Positions 42,830 through 55,694 of a DNA stretch of 64,000 nucleotides are shown piece by piece. The stretch spans positions 1,116,001-1,180,000 of the forward strand of contig CDLV01000012.1 in assembly GCA_001244265.2 (NCBI GenBank), read 5' to 3'. How positions within the stretch are numbered: position 1 is the stretch's first letter; each line of letters opens with the position of its first letter. Below the pieces are notes generated by a model, which did not search any database, was not told the origin of the DNA, and was given only the letters and a program-made list of their open reading frames with translations. Source of the stretch: Microbotryum violaceum (taxonomy: Eukaryota). Position numbers and translations under genes: made by a program.

Positions 42830-43796
42830 CTACATCTCACCACATTCTGATCGGACACAAAAATCCAGGACTCCCAGCATTAGGTTCTCGAAGACCATCA
42901 CAAAGCTTTGCAGAAAGACGTGGTGCGTTCGACTAACCTGTAATCGTGACCGGTAGCTTCGGTCGATTGTTAGGACCGGTTGCGACGTTCTCGATTTTCC
43001 TGACGACCAACATCGAGTCTTGGCCCAGCACTTTGCCGAACACGGTGTGTTTGCCGTCGAGGAAGGGGGCCGGGGCGGTGGTGATGAAGAACTGTGGGGG
43101 GTGGATTGAACGATCGTCATCAACATGTGGGGCAAAGAAGGAAATATCTGTCGTCTCGTCGATCGTCGAGAGTACGACGGTGGGGGGCGTACTTGACAAC
43201 CATTTGTCCCGGGTCCAGAGTTGGCCTGTACACAAAGATGGGGTCAGCGACACCCTTGGAGTACCAAGGATGATGCTCCCACAGCATCGTCCCTGCCTTG
43301 AGACTCACCATACTCAGCAACCCGGCCGCATCATGCTTGACCTCGAAATTCTCGTCATCAAACTGAGGCCCATAAATCGACGTCGAACCGGTTCCATCAC
43401 CGTTGATAAAATCACCCCCCTGTATAAGATCCACGAGTGGGATCGCCCCCCATGATCAGCTGAAGCTGAAGCTCCGTTGATGTCTCCTTGGGCATCTCAC
43501 GTACCTGACACATAAAGTTGGGGATCACGCGATGGAATATGCTGTTCTTGTAACCGATCGGCATGTGATTGACGCGGTGTTCGCCCGTGCAGAGTTGGCG
43601 AAAGTTCTCGGCCGTTCTGGAGGGAGGGGAAATGGAAGGGCTCGCTTAGCCTCCACGTAGGTGCTTAATAAACGTGGTGGGATTTGGCTTACTTTGGTAC
43701 GACGTCGCTGAAGAGTTCCATCTTGATCCTGCCTGCGGGTGTGTTGCCGATCGAGACGTCAAAGAAGGCGATCGGTCGAGTGGGTGCTTTGGACAT
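42830..43796 (-). CDS. Cyclophilin H-type peptidyl-prolyl isomerase (spliceosomal)
   Basis: [59 protein letters not shown]..|[43 protein letters not shown]. Confidence 0.93.
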
Positions 43797-44007
43797 GGTG
43801 TAGGGTGTTGGGATGCTCAGGGGGTCTGCCGAGTGGAGAGGGTAGTTTGTCTGGGTAGAGGTGCTTGCTGTGCGCGGTGTAGGGGTGGAGAGTGGAAGGC
43901 AAGAGACGCAGGACGAGGCAAGGTCGTCGCGCTCCGTGACTGTGCGCTTGCTCTCTTCCTCCTTCCAGTCTCTACACCTTTGAATCCACCCTACCAACCT
44001 CCCAGCG

Positions 44008-45493
44008 ATGAGCCCACCCCATCCCGATCCAAGCTCGCGCCCACCGCAGCCCATGCAAGACGATGCGTCCCAAGTCGGCTACTACGACACCGACGAACTC
44101 GTCCAACAGCGCGACGAATCGAGCGACATGCTCTCCCAAATAGAACCCCTCTCGGACGAATCGTTGCAAGCTTTGGGGAGGTTGGCGAGGTACAAGCCGC
44201 CTTTTGATACGTGTGAGTTCACGGAGGAACTTGTGTTGATGTCCCGCACCCGGGGTGGACTTGTGCGCTCAGTGGTCAATAATATGTGGCGCTTGAACCA
44301 GCTCAGCTCGGCTGATCACGAACGCCGGTCCGCGCTTTCTTCAACCACGTAGACCCGGTCCCAGCAGGTCGAGCCGCTGTTCTCGTCGCCCTCTTTGGCT
44401 CACGAACGGGGAAAAACCTCAACGTACTGCTCTCGACTCGCTCAAAGACTCTACGCACTTTTGTGAGTGGGGCCCACCCAAGCAGCAAAGATCGCCGGAG
44501 CACGAGCTGACTCAAAAAAGTGGGGCCCGGGTGATGCCCGAATTCATTAGCCGGGTCATGTCGCTTTGCCCGGGGGCAAGATGGAGGCCGGTGGTGAGTG
44601 GTCCGGTCAGGCGGACTCTTTTGCAAGATAGAGATCAATGTCTGAGGCTGACTCCATGAACCTCCCATCTCATAGACATGAATCTCGAAGCTACTGCCAG
44701 GCGGGAAGGTCAGTGTTTGAAAAGCCGGAGAATTCTTCGGCAAAGCCCGTAGAAAGGACGGTCCTGACGCACGTCTATGTTGCACAGCGTTTGAGGAAGT
44801 TGGTCTTCCGTATAATACAGAGAAAATTCGTTACTTGACCACTTTACCTCCATACCTGGCGAGGAACCTGTTGCTCGTGACACCCGTCGTGGTTTTCGTG
44901 ATTGATTATTCGCTCAAGGTGCGCGCGAACTTTCAGGGAGCATCACGGAGGCATCACCAACGAGAACCGACCTGAATTATTCGTACAGCCCGAACTAAAT
45001 GCAGACGAAGTCGACACCGTATTCTCCTTCCCGCTCTCCGGTTTCCTCTCCGACACCGGCTCGGACCCCTCTCTGACCAATGCCGTACCCAAGGACGTCG
45101 TCACCGGCCAAAAACCTTACCACACCTACGCCGATTACGAATGGTTCGGTAGCGCGCCTTCACGGTTCCATTCGTTTGAAACGAATCATAAACCTGTCAC
45201 GGGCTTGACCGCGGGCATTTTGATCCAAGTGGCGGAGATTGCTTATGGGCGGAAACCAGCTTTTGGCAAGGAAGCTCCGGGGGAGAAGAGTCGCGAGGAG
45301 GTGAGTGAACAGATTCAGGGGATAGTATACTAAACATGTGCTCAAGCGCTGACTGCCGGCTTTCAAAACCCTCTAGCTCTTTCAGGCGGCTTCCCAGGAT
45401 CCTCGGTGGAAAGTTGCGAGGGCACAACCCAGCATCGATGATACACCCCGAGCGGTAAATTGTGATGATGGAAAGTTCTGGTCGTTTTTGTAG
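44008..45493 (+). CDS. Nudix CoA diphosphatase (Pcd1/NUDT7-like)
   Basis: RAAVLVAL..VLLSTRSKTLRT|PGHVALPGGK..ATARRE|AFEEVGL (Nudix box preceded by the CoA-family motif); LVTPVV; EVD.VFSFPL; GLTAGILI. The 3' end is uncertain. Confidence 0.88.
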
Positions 45494-45698
45494 CCTGATC
45501 GTATTTTTTCTTCGTTGTTGTAATGCGTACCTGATTTATGAACGTCGTCTCGTGCATACGAAGAGGAGCTAGGCAAGTGTCACGTTCGGCCGCACCCTGC
45601 CCGTCCAAATTGGGATAAGCGCTCGCGCTCGCCGGTCTGTCCGAAGCGCGTACGGGACCTTTGCCTCCTTCTTACCACATCAACACCTCGACACCAGC

Positions 45699-46163
45699 AT
45701 GGGTCTCCTGAGCTGCTTCACCGGCTCCTCCAGTCAATCCAGTCGCTCGACCTCAGCCGACTCGTTGCTAGATGAGAAACGATATCTCGACTTTGAGGCT
45801 GACGAGTCGTCGCACACGACCACGCGGTGCGCCGATCCGCCCCACATGGTCGATGCTGCTCGATTGCAGCGCCAGCTTCAAGGAATGCAGCGCTTGGAGC
45901 GATTGAGGGAGTTGATGAAAGAGCAGGAAATTGATGCCTAGTGAGTTCATGGAGGAGCGGGATCGTGAGGGTGGTCGTATCAGAACTGACGGACAGGAGC
46001 TTGGCTTTCTCTCTTCCTCTGCCCGGTGTTTTCAGTATCGTCTTATCCTCTGACGCTCATGGGTCCGAATACCCCGGTGAATGCGATAAACAAAGGCAGT
46101 TCATCTCTGGGTAAGTGCTGCAGCCTTCCCATATAGAACCAAAAATCCCACCTGAAACCAACC

Positions 46164-46196
<33 letters not shown>

Positions 46197-48197
46197 TCCC
46201 CCCCACAGTTTCACCGGTTCCGCAGGAACAGCCATCATCACCTCGTCCGAAGCGCACCTCTTCACCGATAGTCGTTACTATGTTCAAGCGGCTCGTCAAC
46301 TCGATTTGGAACAGTGGACCTTGGAGAAAGTGGGCATGTCTGACGTCAAGGATTGGTCGGCTTGGTTGTTGGATTTGCCGCAGGGGAGCGTGATTGGGGT
46401 CGACTCGAATACGATCGCATATAGTCAGTTTTAACCCTCCCATCTTAACGACCGCGCATAACCCAGCTGACCTGAAAACCTGGTCGTTCCTTCCCTCAGG
46501 TGCGGCCAAACGCCTCCTGGACTCGTTCAAGTCGACCAAGCTCACCCTCAACGCCTCGCCCTACAACCTCGTCGACCAAATCTGGGATTCGGACCGTCCC
46601 GCGCGTCTGTCCAGCAAGATCCAACTCCACCCTTTTCAATTCACCGGTGAACTCGCCTGCTCCAAACTGGCCCGACTCCGAACCTGGCTTCAACAGAACC
46701 AGAACGGAGGCGGTCGAGACGCATCCTTCTTTGTTTCGACCTTACCTCAAATCGCTTGGTTGTTGAACTTGCGCGCCAAGGATATTGCGTTCAACCCTTT
46801 CTTTTATGCGGTCCTACTCGTTCCGGCTTTGGAGGAGGACAAGTTCACGGTGTGGATTCAGGAAGGGAGTGTGACGGATCAATTGAGGGAATATATTCAT
46901 GATTTGGGGGGTCAGATTCGATCGTACGCTCAAGCTTTGAAAGAGATTCAAGGCAGTATCAAAGTCGTCTCGGATGGATCGTTGAGTTGGGCCGCTGCTC
47001 AAGCGGTTCAAAATGACAACCTCACCGTCGTTCCTCTTTCACCCATCGTCGAATGGGAAGCCGTCAAGAACCCGATCGAGATTCAAGGTTTTCGTAACGC
47101 CTATATACGCGATGGACTCGCCTGGGCCAAATGGGCATCTTGGCTCGAACACACCGTCTCAAAAAAAGGTCTCCCCATCACTGAATTCGAAGCGGCGGAG
47201 GAGTTTACGAGGATTAGAAGTAGGGGCGAGTTTTATGAGGGTTTGGGGTATGATAATATTTCGGCGACGGGGGCGAATGCGGCGCTGCCTCACTATGCTC
47301 CGACGAAGAAGGAGAGTAGCGTGATTGAATTGGGGACACCTTATTTGAATGATAGTGGGCCGCAATATCTGTACGTATATTCTCTGGTCCTATCTGACTC
47401 CAGGAAGGAAGACTGACTCTGTCGTCTCAACCCCGCCAGCGACGCGACCATTGACTGCACGCGGACGTCCTTCCTAGGATGTCATCCAACCCCTGAACAG
47501 AAAAGGGCCTTTACACGTGTGCTTCAGGGACATATCGCGATCGATCAAGCGATTTTCCCTAAAGGTACTACGGGGGGTGATTTGGACGTGTTGGCGAGGA
47601 TCAAGTTGTGGAAAGAAGGGATGCAATATTCGCATGGGACCGGGCATGGGATTGGGCAGTATTTGGGCGTGCAGTACGTCCTCTTCCTCTTCCTCACCAT
47701 TCAGTTCAGTTTGTACGTCAATAAAGTGATCATTGTTGACTCGTCTTTTATTTCGTATTCACAGTGAAGGACCTCATGGCCTTGGATACAAATCGACTTA
47801 CCCCCTCAAGGTCGGTCACGTCCTCTCCAACGAACCGGGCTTTTACGAAGAAGGAAGTTACGGGATCCGGATCGAGAGCGTTTTGGTCGTCAAAGAGGTC
47901 AAGACGAGGCGCGATTTTGGGGATAAGAAATGGTTAGGGTTCGAGAGGGTCACGATGGTCAGTCCTTCTCGAGCAGTAATCTCCGTCGGATCCTCTGGGC
48001 CCAAAGATTACTGATACTGTTTGCTTTCTTGGTTACCTCAATAGGTCCCCATCCAATCCACTAAACTTGTCAACTTTGACCTCCTGACGCACGATGAGAA
48101 GACATGGCTCAAGAAGCACAATGATCATATTCGAGCGACGTTGATCCCTTTGCTCAAGGGGGATCAGAGGGCGATCGAGTGGCTCAAGAGGCAGTAG
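45699..48197 (+). CDS. Xaa-Pro aminopeptidase P (M24B)
   Basis: [85 protein letters not shown]. Confidence 0.95.
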
Positions 48198-48482
48198 ATG
48201 GTTTGGTGATGAATTGGTGATGTATTGCAGATGTGATCACTTGATTTCCGGAGAAGAGATAGACTACAGTCTTAAAGAGAGCAAGAGAGGGAGAGAGCAT
48301 TCGGGGTTTTTAGGACAACCGATCCAACAAGGATCGACCCCCTCGACCCCCTCGGGCAGGAGAGGCCGAACCCCTTGATTTCGAATCGACTCGATCGAGT
48401 AGAGGCTTTTCACGCTGCTTAGCGGCCGGAGAACCCTGCACAAATTTCAGACTTCAGCTTCAGACCCCTTCCAAGGAGCCTT

Positions 48483-51400
48483 CTAGAAGTTGCTCACCCT
48501 ATTCGCCACTGCCTCCTTGCCGCCCCTAGCGCCAAGCCGATCCGACAAAGACCTCCCCTCCAGTCTCCCGACCAAACTATCCGAACCCCTTCCTCCAAAA
48601 GTCCCTTCCTCCCTATCTCCATTGAAGGGAGGTGAGATCGAAGGATCACTAGTTTTAATCCCACTTCCCCGTTTCTGATTCTGATTTTCCTGGCGTGTGA
48701 GGGGCGGAGAAGGACCGTTGAACCGATCGGCTGGATGAGAATGTGGGTCGCCGGAGCGTCGATGCTCGGTGGGGGGTGGTTGGAAAGACCGCCCGTCACC
48801 TTTGCCTTTCAATACCAAGCCCTGTGCTTGGACGGGGAGGTTGGGTTCTTTGAAGCGATCCGATAATGTCCGATCGTCCCCTCTTTCAAGTCGGTCGTCC
48901 CTTCGCTCCCTGTTATCGGCCCACTCGTCTGCACGCGTTGCGGAAGGTTGTTCCTTCGTTTCCCACCCATTCACCTCCGACAGGGAGGAGCTCTTCGTTT
49001 CCCAACCTTGTCCGACCGCGCGAGGAGGAGGAACGGGCTCCCTCGGTGCTTGAACCCTCTCCTCGACTCGATCTTCGTACCTCCTCTCATCCCTTCGATC
49101 CCGATCCCGATCCTCATTCGGTCGAACCTCCCTCCGTTCGTACTTTCCCTCATTACTACTCCCATTCACACCTGCGCTTGAATCCCACCCACCCGTACCC
49201 CACTCCTTCTCAACCCTTTCATCCCAACCCGTCCCTCTGTTCCTCTCTTCAGCCCCCTCAACCTTCCTCCGTTTCGTCTCCACCTCCACCTCCCTCCCCT
49301 CATTACCACTCCCATTCGCACTCGCGCTTGAATCCCACCCACCCGTCCCCCACTCCCTCTCAACCTTTTCATCCCAACCCTTCCCTCTGTTCCTCTCTTC
49401 AGCCCCCTCAACCCTCCTCCGTTTCGTCTCCATCTCCACCTCATTCCTCTCCCCTCGGGGTCTTCTCAAATCCTCCCTCTCCCTCTCCCCACCACCAACG
49501 TGCTCTTGAACCCTATCTTGAACGACTTGCGCCTGAGGTTTTCCCCAAATCCTCATCGGTTTCGAACCCTCAGATTCCGCATTACCACCACCATTCTTCA
49601 CTCCCTTCGGTACTCCTCTAACCCCGATCGACCCGGACCGTTCCGCACCACCACCACTCGATTGAACATCATTCGTTAACCAACCTTGCGCTGGCGACGA
49701 CCTATTCATTCCCCCCGCGCTACCTCCTCCTACCAATGCTTGACGATCAGGATGGGTCCATTCGTTCATCCTCGTCGGAGTCGGAGCGGAAACAGATGAT
49801 GGAGGAGGTGGTGGTGGTGGGGATCGGGATCTTCTCCTTGAAGAAGAAGAAGAGGGAGGAGGTAGAGACGTACGATTCATGAGATGAGGTGCGGAGTCAC
49901 GCTCTCGGTCTTGGTCTCGGTGAAGGTCTGGTGTCGTTCGAGGAGGTTCGTGAGGCGCGAGATGGGGAGGTAGTTCGTGATCGGGTTTCGTTGGTCGTGT
50001 TGATGCTTGCGGTGCGGAAAGAGGATATACGTTCGAATTCGACACGAGTCTACGGGACGGTGATGAACGACGAGGAGGTGGCGAAGCTCGACGAGGTGGA
50101 GGGGAAGGACGTCGATCACGACCCAAGTTCGAACGATTATGCGGTGGAACGTCCCTGTTTGATGCAAAACGAGTCTCCTCCTTGACCATTCTTCGCGGTG
50201 GAGAGGTAATGGGTCGTGCAGGAGGAGAAGGTGAGCGTCTTCTAGGTGGCACACTCGCAGCCACAGACAAGGCCGGCGAAGCGAATTTGGTCGAAGGGTC
50301 CAACGTCATCGGGTTCGGCCGTTTGTTCCCTAATGGGACGCGATTCGCACCTCCTGCGGTAGGAGGGACCGAACTGACACTCCTTTGAACCGGCGGTGCA
50401 GGTTGAGCCCATCGTGAATTGTCATCTATTCGGTTGGGACGAGCCTCCGTCGCGGGCCGAGGTGCATCTGCAGCGAACCGAGGCCCCACATTCGCGATCG
50501 GTGCTTCACGAAATCGAAGGGCGACGTCTCGCCCACTCGAAGGTGAGGCGTATCGCGTAGTCTCCATCGACGATGGTCTACTCGGTCCATCGACGGGCGC
50601 CGCGGTTACGGGAGTCGTCGACGTCGATCGCCCGATTACGGCTTGCTGCGGTGGCAAGGGTGTTCGACCTGTAGAGTCGCGTAGAACACGATCGAAGGTA
50701 CACGAGGGAAACAGAACGAGAGAGTATCAGATCTGAGAGCGATGATGCGCGCAAAGCGACGACGAAGAAGCGGTGGGATGAGGCTGACTTTTGGGTGCGA
50801 CCGTTCGAGCCGGTTCGGAGGGTAGAGGACCCCGTTCGTCTTGCGTCACGACAGTATTATGAGCAGCTACATTGCGCGAAGAGTCGGATCCTGTATCGTA
50901 GAAGAGCACGAGCGATGGAGATCGATCGAGTGTGAGAATGAGCGATTGGCTTCCGAAGACAAGAGTTGTTCGTAATCCCGGGGGGGGGGGGGGGCGAGGC
51001 TCCGATAAAGCCGAGCTTTCCGACCTTCACACGATCGGCAATGTAGATCGCAACGCGGTGTACGCGATGTAACAATCATGCAACTCGTACGAGCGACGTG
51101 GCGAGATGCGCTCGATCGACGGCATGGATCGCGGAGATGTGATGGGATCGCTCACCCGATGGACCCTGTCGAGAAGGAGCGGCAGTGTTGCTATTGTTGG
51201 TGGGAAGGTGCCAGCCACCGCCTTGCGCAAATTCCGAGATGCCTTCGCTGTGCTTCGAAGATGGCTGCTTCTGTGTAGTCCGACCCGACTGAGCCTCCGT
51301 CTCGGTCTTGGAAGCGGTTGGCAGGGGCAAAGGCTGCTTCTCGGCTGCTGCACGTGTCACGGAAGTGGTCGATGCGGGACGAGCAGTCTCCTTCGCTTTG

Positions 51401-51933
51401 CGTTCTTCGTCAGCTTTCCACTCGGCAGATCCAGGAATGTACCACGAGGACCGGGTCGGACTGTTTGGGGTGGCGGGCTTGCGATAGTAAATGTCGCCGG
51501 TCGAAGTGGACAAGCGCGAGACCCAACCTTTGAGCATGGGTTGACCGTTCGCATCTTTGCTCGAGTCGTGTTTCGGTTGGCTGGTGGTGGTGGTGGTGGT
51601 AGTGGAGGGTTTGGGTGGGGATGGTACGGATGCCTTTGGTTTGATCAAAGTGCGGCCGTTGTTACTGCTGGTGGTCTTGGCCTCGCTCGAACTGCGATCA
51701 CCACTAGCTTGACCAGGTAAAGGGACTGGGGGAATAGAGAAAGGTGTCGAGCCCGAAGTCGAAGTTGAAGTCGAAGTTGAAGTCGAGGGTACTACCGGCA
51801 CCGGAGGAGCAGCTTTGATTGGGAGGGATGAACGTGCGAGGCGCACCAACGGTTCGACAGTGGTGGTGGTCGTGGAGGTGGCCACGTCGAGTTCGTCCTC
51901 GCCGAAATCGAGTTCGAATTCATCATCCTCCAT
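48483..51933 (-). CDS. Large low-complexity protein with N-terminal WW domain, Pro/Arg-Ser-rich middle and GW/WG-rich C-terminal region
   Basis: MEDDEFELDFGEDE..; WW-like LKGWVSRLSTSTGDIYY..SSWYIP; exons at about 51933-51156, 50891-50788 and 50668-48483 join in phase. Confidence 0.75.
49148..49442. repeat. 150-nt (50-aa) tandem duplication within the coding exon
   Basis: cctcattactactcccattc.. at 49148 recurs as cctcattaccactcccattc.. at 49298; peptide EVE.ETKRR.VEGAEERNRG.GWDE.VE.EWGTGGWDSSA..NGS.NEG x2. Confidence 0.95.
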
Positions 51934-52438
51934 CGTGTGGTGTACGTAGTGGGGGCCCAAGTGAGGTGGGAGGTTGAAGCTTTACTGCACGTGTACGGCC
52001 GAGCGGGAGGAAGGACCGGTGGTGGGTACGAAAGGAGGGAAAGAAGCGCCCGCCACGGTGCAAAGACCCAGACGCGCTAACGCTCGCTAATCGACAGTAA
52101 CCGACTCGCTCTCGAATCGCCTTCCCTTGCGGCCCGCCTCAGCTAGCCTCAGCTCGTGCGACCGACGTGCTAACCCCCACGCCGATCACAGCCAACACCC
52201 CCTATCCCACACCCCTAGCCAAACCCGGCGCAGGGCCTTGCAGACAGCTCATCCCTCTCAGTCAGTTGGCGAGTCTGACTCACCAAACGAGCTCGTCACC
52301 GCACTCTCACCCTCACTCGTGTCCATCTCCCTTCCGTCCACCACGACCACCCCAAACGCTTTTGGAGCAGTACACCCCACCGCATCACCCTTCATAGCTT
52401 CATAGGCTCGCTGGCGCACGCTTACCACTCACCCGCCT

Positions 52439-53926
52439 ATGCTCCCAACCTCGACCGGCGGCTCCCTCCACACCCCCTCCGCTGGTCCACGCTTCCGTCT
52501 CCCCTCCACGCTCAACAAGTCGTCCTCGTCCTCGTCCTCGGCGGCCAACTCGACCCGTTCATTTCACTTTCACTCTGCTGGGACTACACCTTCTTCCAGT
52601 TCTTCTTCCTCTTTGGACGATATGAAGACCCTCTTGCGAAGATTGTCGCGCTATCCCCAGATGGTCAGTTCGAGTTCGTCGACTCGGTTGCGCGACCCCC
52701 GAGCGCTGAGCTGACTCCACCTCGACTTGGGCCGACCATGCTCGTTCGACCAGGACTTTGAAATGGCGGGATGGACATTAGTTCATGTGTGCATAGCACC
52801 ACGGAGGGTGTGAGTACGGCCCACCGAGAACCGAGAAAGAGATGACGTAACGAACCCTCTAAACTCGATCTCGATACCATCTTGCAGCTACCGCAACGTG
52901 TACTATCACAAGCGTACGTACGTCACCGCCATTCTTCATCTCATCGGCTTCTAACGTTCACGTGGCCCTTCACAGAGACCAAAAATACCTGGGCGCGCGA
53001 CGACCCCGCCGTACCCCTCCTCATCTCGGCCTGTCTCTTCCTCGCCGCGATTCTATGGTCCGTGCTCTACGCCCGCTACGACTTCCTCACCACCCTGCGT
53101 ACAATATTCTCCATGGTCGTAATCCATTTCTTCCTCGTCGGGGTGGCGATTAGCACAGTGTTGTGGTCAGTTGCAAGCAGTTGGGGCTGGGTAGGTCTTC
53201 CAGAGGAGAACTCATCAAGATCGTGTCACATTTTCCCAGGGCCGCCTCCAACAAGTTCCTCACGCATACATCCCATACCCATGCAACGGACCAACATGTA
53301 GAATGGTACGAGGACACTCATACTTTCATCTTCAAAGTCCTAACCCGTTTCTCTTCCACAGGCCCTACGCCTTTGACGTGCACGCCAACGCCTTCTTCCC
53401 CCTCTTCCTCCAACTCTACGTCGCGCAATTGCTGCTTGCGCCTGTGGTCACACGGAGTAATTGGGTCTGTCTCTGGGTCGGCAATACGTTGTACCTTTCT
53501 GCTGTTAGTATTCCGAGGGAGAGGGACTGTGCTGCGGTGGGGTGTGCCTGACATTCGTTCGCTTTGACTTGGACAGCTCACTCAATATGCCTATGTGACA
53601 TGTGAGCAAAGACTTGGTAATGTTCTCACCTCTGAATCGACTGCTGACTCTTTTGAATGTGTTTCCCTCCTCCAGATCTCGGCTACAACGGTACGTCTCC
53701 CCTCTTTCTCCACACCAACGCCAAGTCTCTTTAAAAAACTAACTCTTTGCTAATCCCCACAGCCCTTCCCTTCCTCATTCGCTCCGAACTCCTTCTTTTC
53801 CCCGTCGCCATCTTCTTCGCCTTCTACGTCGTCTCCCTTTTAGGTTTCAACATCGCCAAAACAGTACTAGGGGCCATGTTTGGGAAAGTGGTCGTCGTTG
53901 CTGCGGGGGCGGGAACGATTCCGTAG
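52439..53926 (+). CDS. GMH1: UNC-50 family Golgi membrane protein
   Basis: RRL..PQM|DFE.A.W..CIAPRRV|YRNVYYHK|QTKNTWARDDP; VEW|.YAFDVHANAFFP; YLGYN|ALPFL. Confidence 0.93.
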
Positions 53927-54194
53927 AGGAGGTTGGTTGTATAATGGGATTTTGTTGGGAGTGCATGGTCTGGTTTTTTCGGTGTGATGTTTTGCAATTT
54001 TGAGTTTTATTTTTGTATTGCTATCTCTCGGGGAGGAATACCCTGGCGTGATATAATAAACGGAGAGAGATGGATAAAACCGTTGAATTATGATGGGCCT
54101 CGACCTCAGTCGCGCTCGCTTTCCCCGCACTCCCGCGCTGATTCCTTCTCACAATCCACAAACCCTCCACCCAGCCCATCGAACCACAATCACC

Positions 54195-55389
54195 ATGCCG
54201 ACCATCGAGGAATACGATTCCGATCCCGACGACATGCCCTTGGAACCCGTCGCACCTACGCCAACATTCGCCGCCAAGAAAGCCAAAGGCAACCTCGGAT
54301 CCTCGTCGCGACCTCCTCCCTCTACTGCTGCCTCTAGTACAGCTACTGCGGCTGGTGTACCGGGTTTCTCACCGATGGGCCCAAAGAAGAGTTATATTGC
54401 CGGTATCGAAGGTTTACCGACCCAGAATCATTACCAGGTTTTGAAGAAGGAGGATTATACGGGGTACGTTTTCGATCTCTGCCCGTTCGGAATTGCGTGG
54501 TGGGCTATGAACTGACAGTTTCCCTCTTTCTTTTGGTGGTGTACGGGGTGGGTTTCTTTCGAACGAAAGTTGGGAAACGATTTACCCCATCTACATCGAT
54601 CGGAAACGACGCCAGGGTCGGGGGGGAAGGAGAGTTTCAAAGAAGATCGCTTTGGAGGTCAGTCGAGGATGCGAAGTGGGGTGTGGGAAGGGAATGTTGC
54701 TTGGACCGAATTTTGACGACAATGTTTGTTTGCAGTACCCGTTGGCGGAAATTATGGCGCAGGCCTGTGGGTTCTTGGGGGTTGAAAACGTTTATGAGGT
54801 ACGTGGGGACTGGCCCCGGCCCCCAGACGCACGACGAACGACGAGCGAACATGTTCAAGACCGTCTCACCTGTCCAATCCAGTGCTGATTTTTATTATTA
54901 CTCACCCACTCTTTCATTCTCCTCCTTCCTCACTACAGCCACTCCGCGTCCACCCACAAGATTGGGAGAACCCCGGTCGAGTCAAGGTGTTGCTCAAAAA
55001 AGATGGCAAGGTGTTGAACCCACAAATTCCTACAAGTCAGTTGCTCCCATCCATAATACATCATCCCAAAACTTAACCTGGATCATCACACACCAGAACG
55101 ACTGCTCCTGCAACACCTCTGCTCGTTTCTCTCTGTACATCTGCCCAAATCAAAATTTTCCACCACCTCTCCCGGCGAGAAACCACCTTTAGAACGTCGA
55201 CTGCCAGCCTTATCACCGGCGATCTCCCACGGCGTCTTGGATGCTGCGCTGAAAGGGAACGGTCCTATGGGTGCTTTCACGGGCGGTGGTGCGATGGAGG
55301 AAGGGAAGGAAGTGGAGGAGGCGCCAGTGGTGGCGAAGAAGGTGCCGCCTAAGATGCCGAAACAGAGGAGGGTTGTCAAGAGACGATGA
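54195..55389 (+). CDS. SEC65: Signal recognition particle subunit Sec65/SRP19
   Basis: WETIYPIYID..GRRVSK; YPLA..AC..LG; HPQDWENPGRVKV; KRLLL; basic C-terminus. Confidence 0.92.
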
Positions 55390-55694
55390 GGTGCGGTCCG
55401 GTCAAGTGGGTCGTGTGCTTTTCTCTTCTTCTTCTACTTTTTTAAAATATTATTGTTGATCGAGTTGTATTGGATGCGTTACGGAACGAAGGCGCACACG
55501 CGAATATGACTGGCTGTCGAGTCGATCCGTTTTGATTTGATGAAGCCAAGCCAATCGGGACGGCGCGTCCGATCACCTCTAAAAGAGTCGTCCATCTTAG
55601 CTTTCCACCGTCCTCCTCAGTCCTCACCCACCAGCACTTTAATCGGAATCGATATACTTCAAGGACGAGCTCGATAGCTACAAGACCTTTTAAT

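Noticed and set aside
50669-51155. Apparently long intron as a snoRNA host
   Set aside because: It resolves into two introns around an in-phase exon (about 50788-50891), and no clear C/D or H/ACA box pair was seen.
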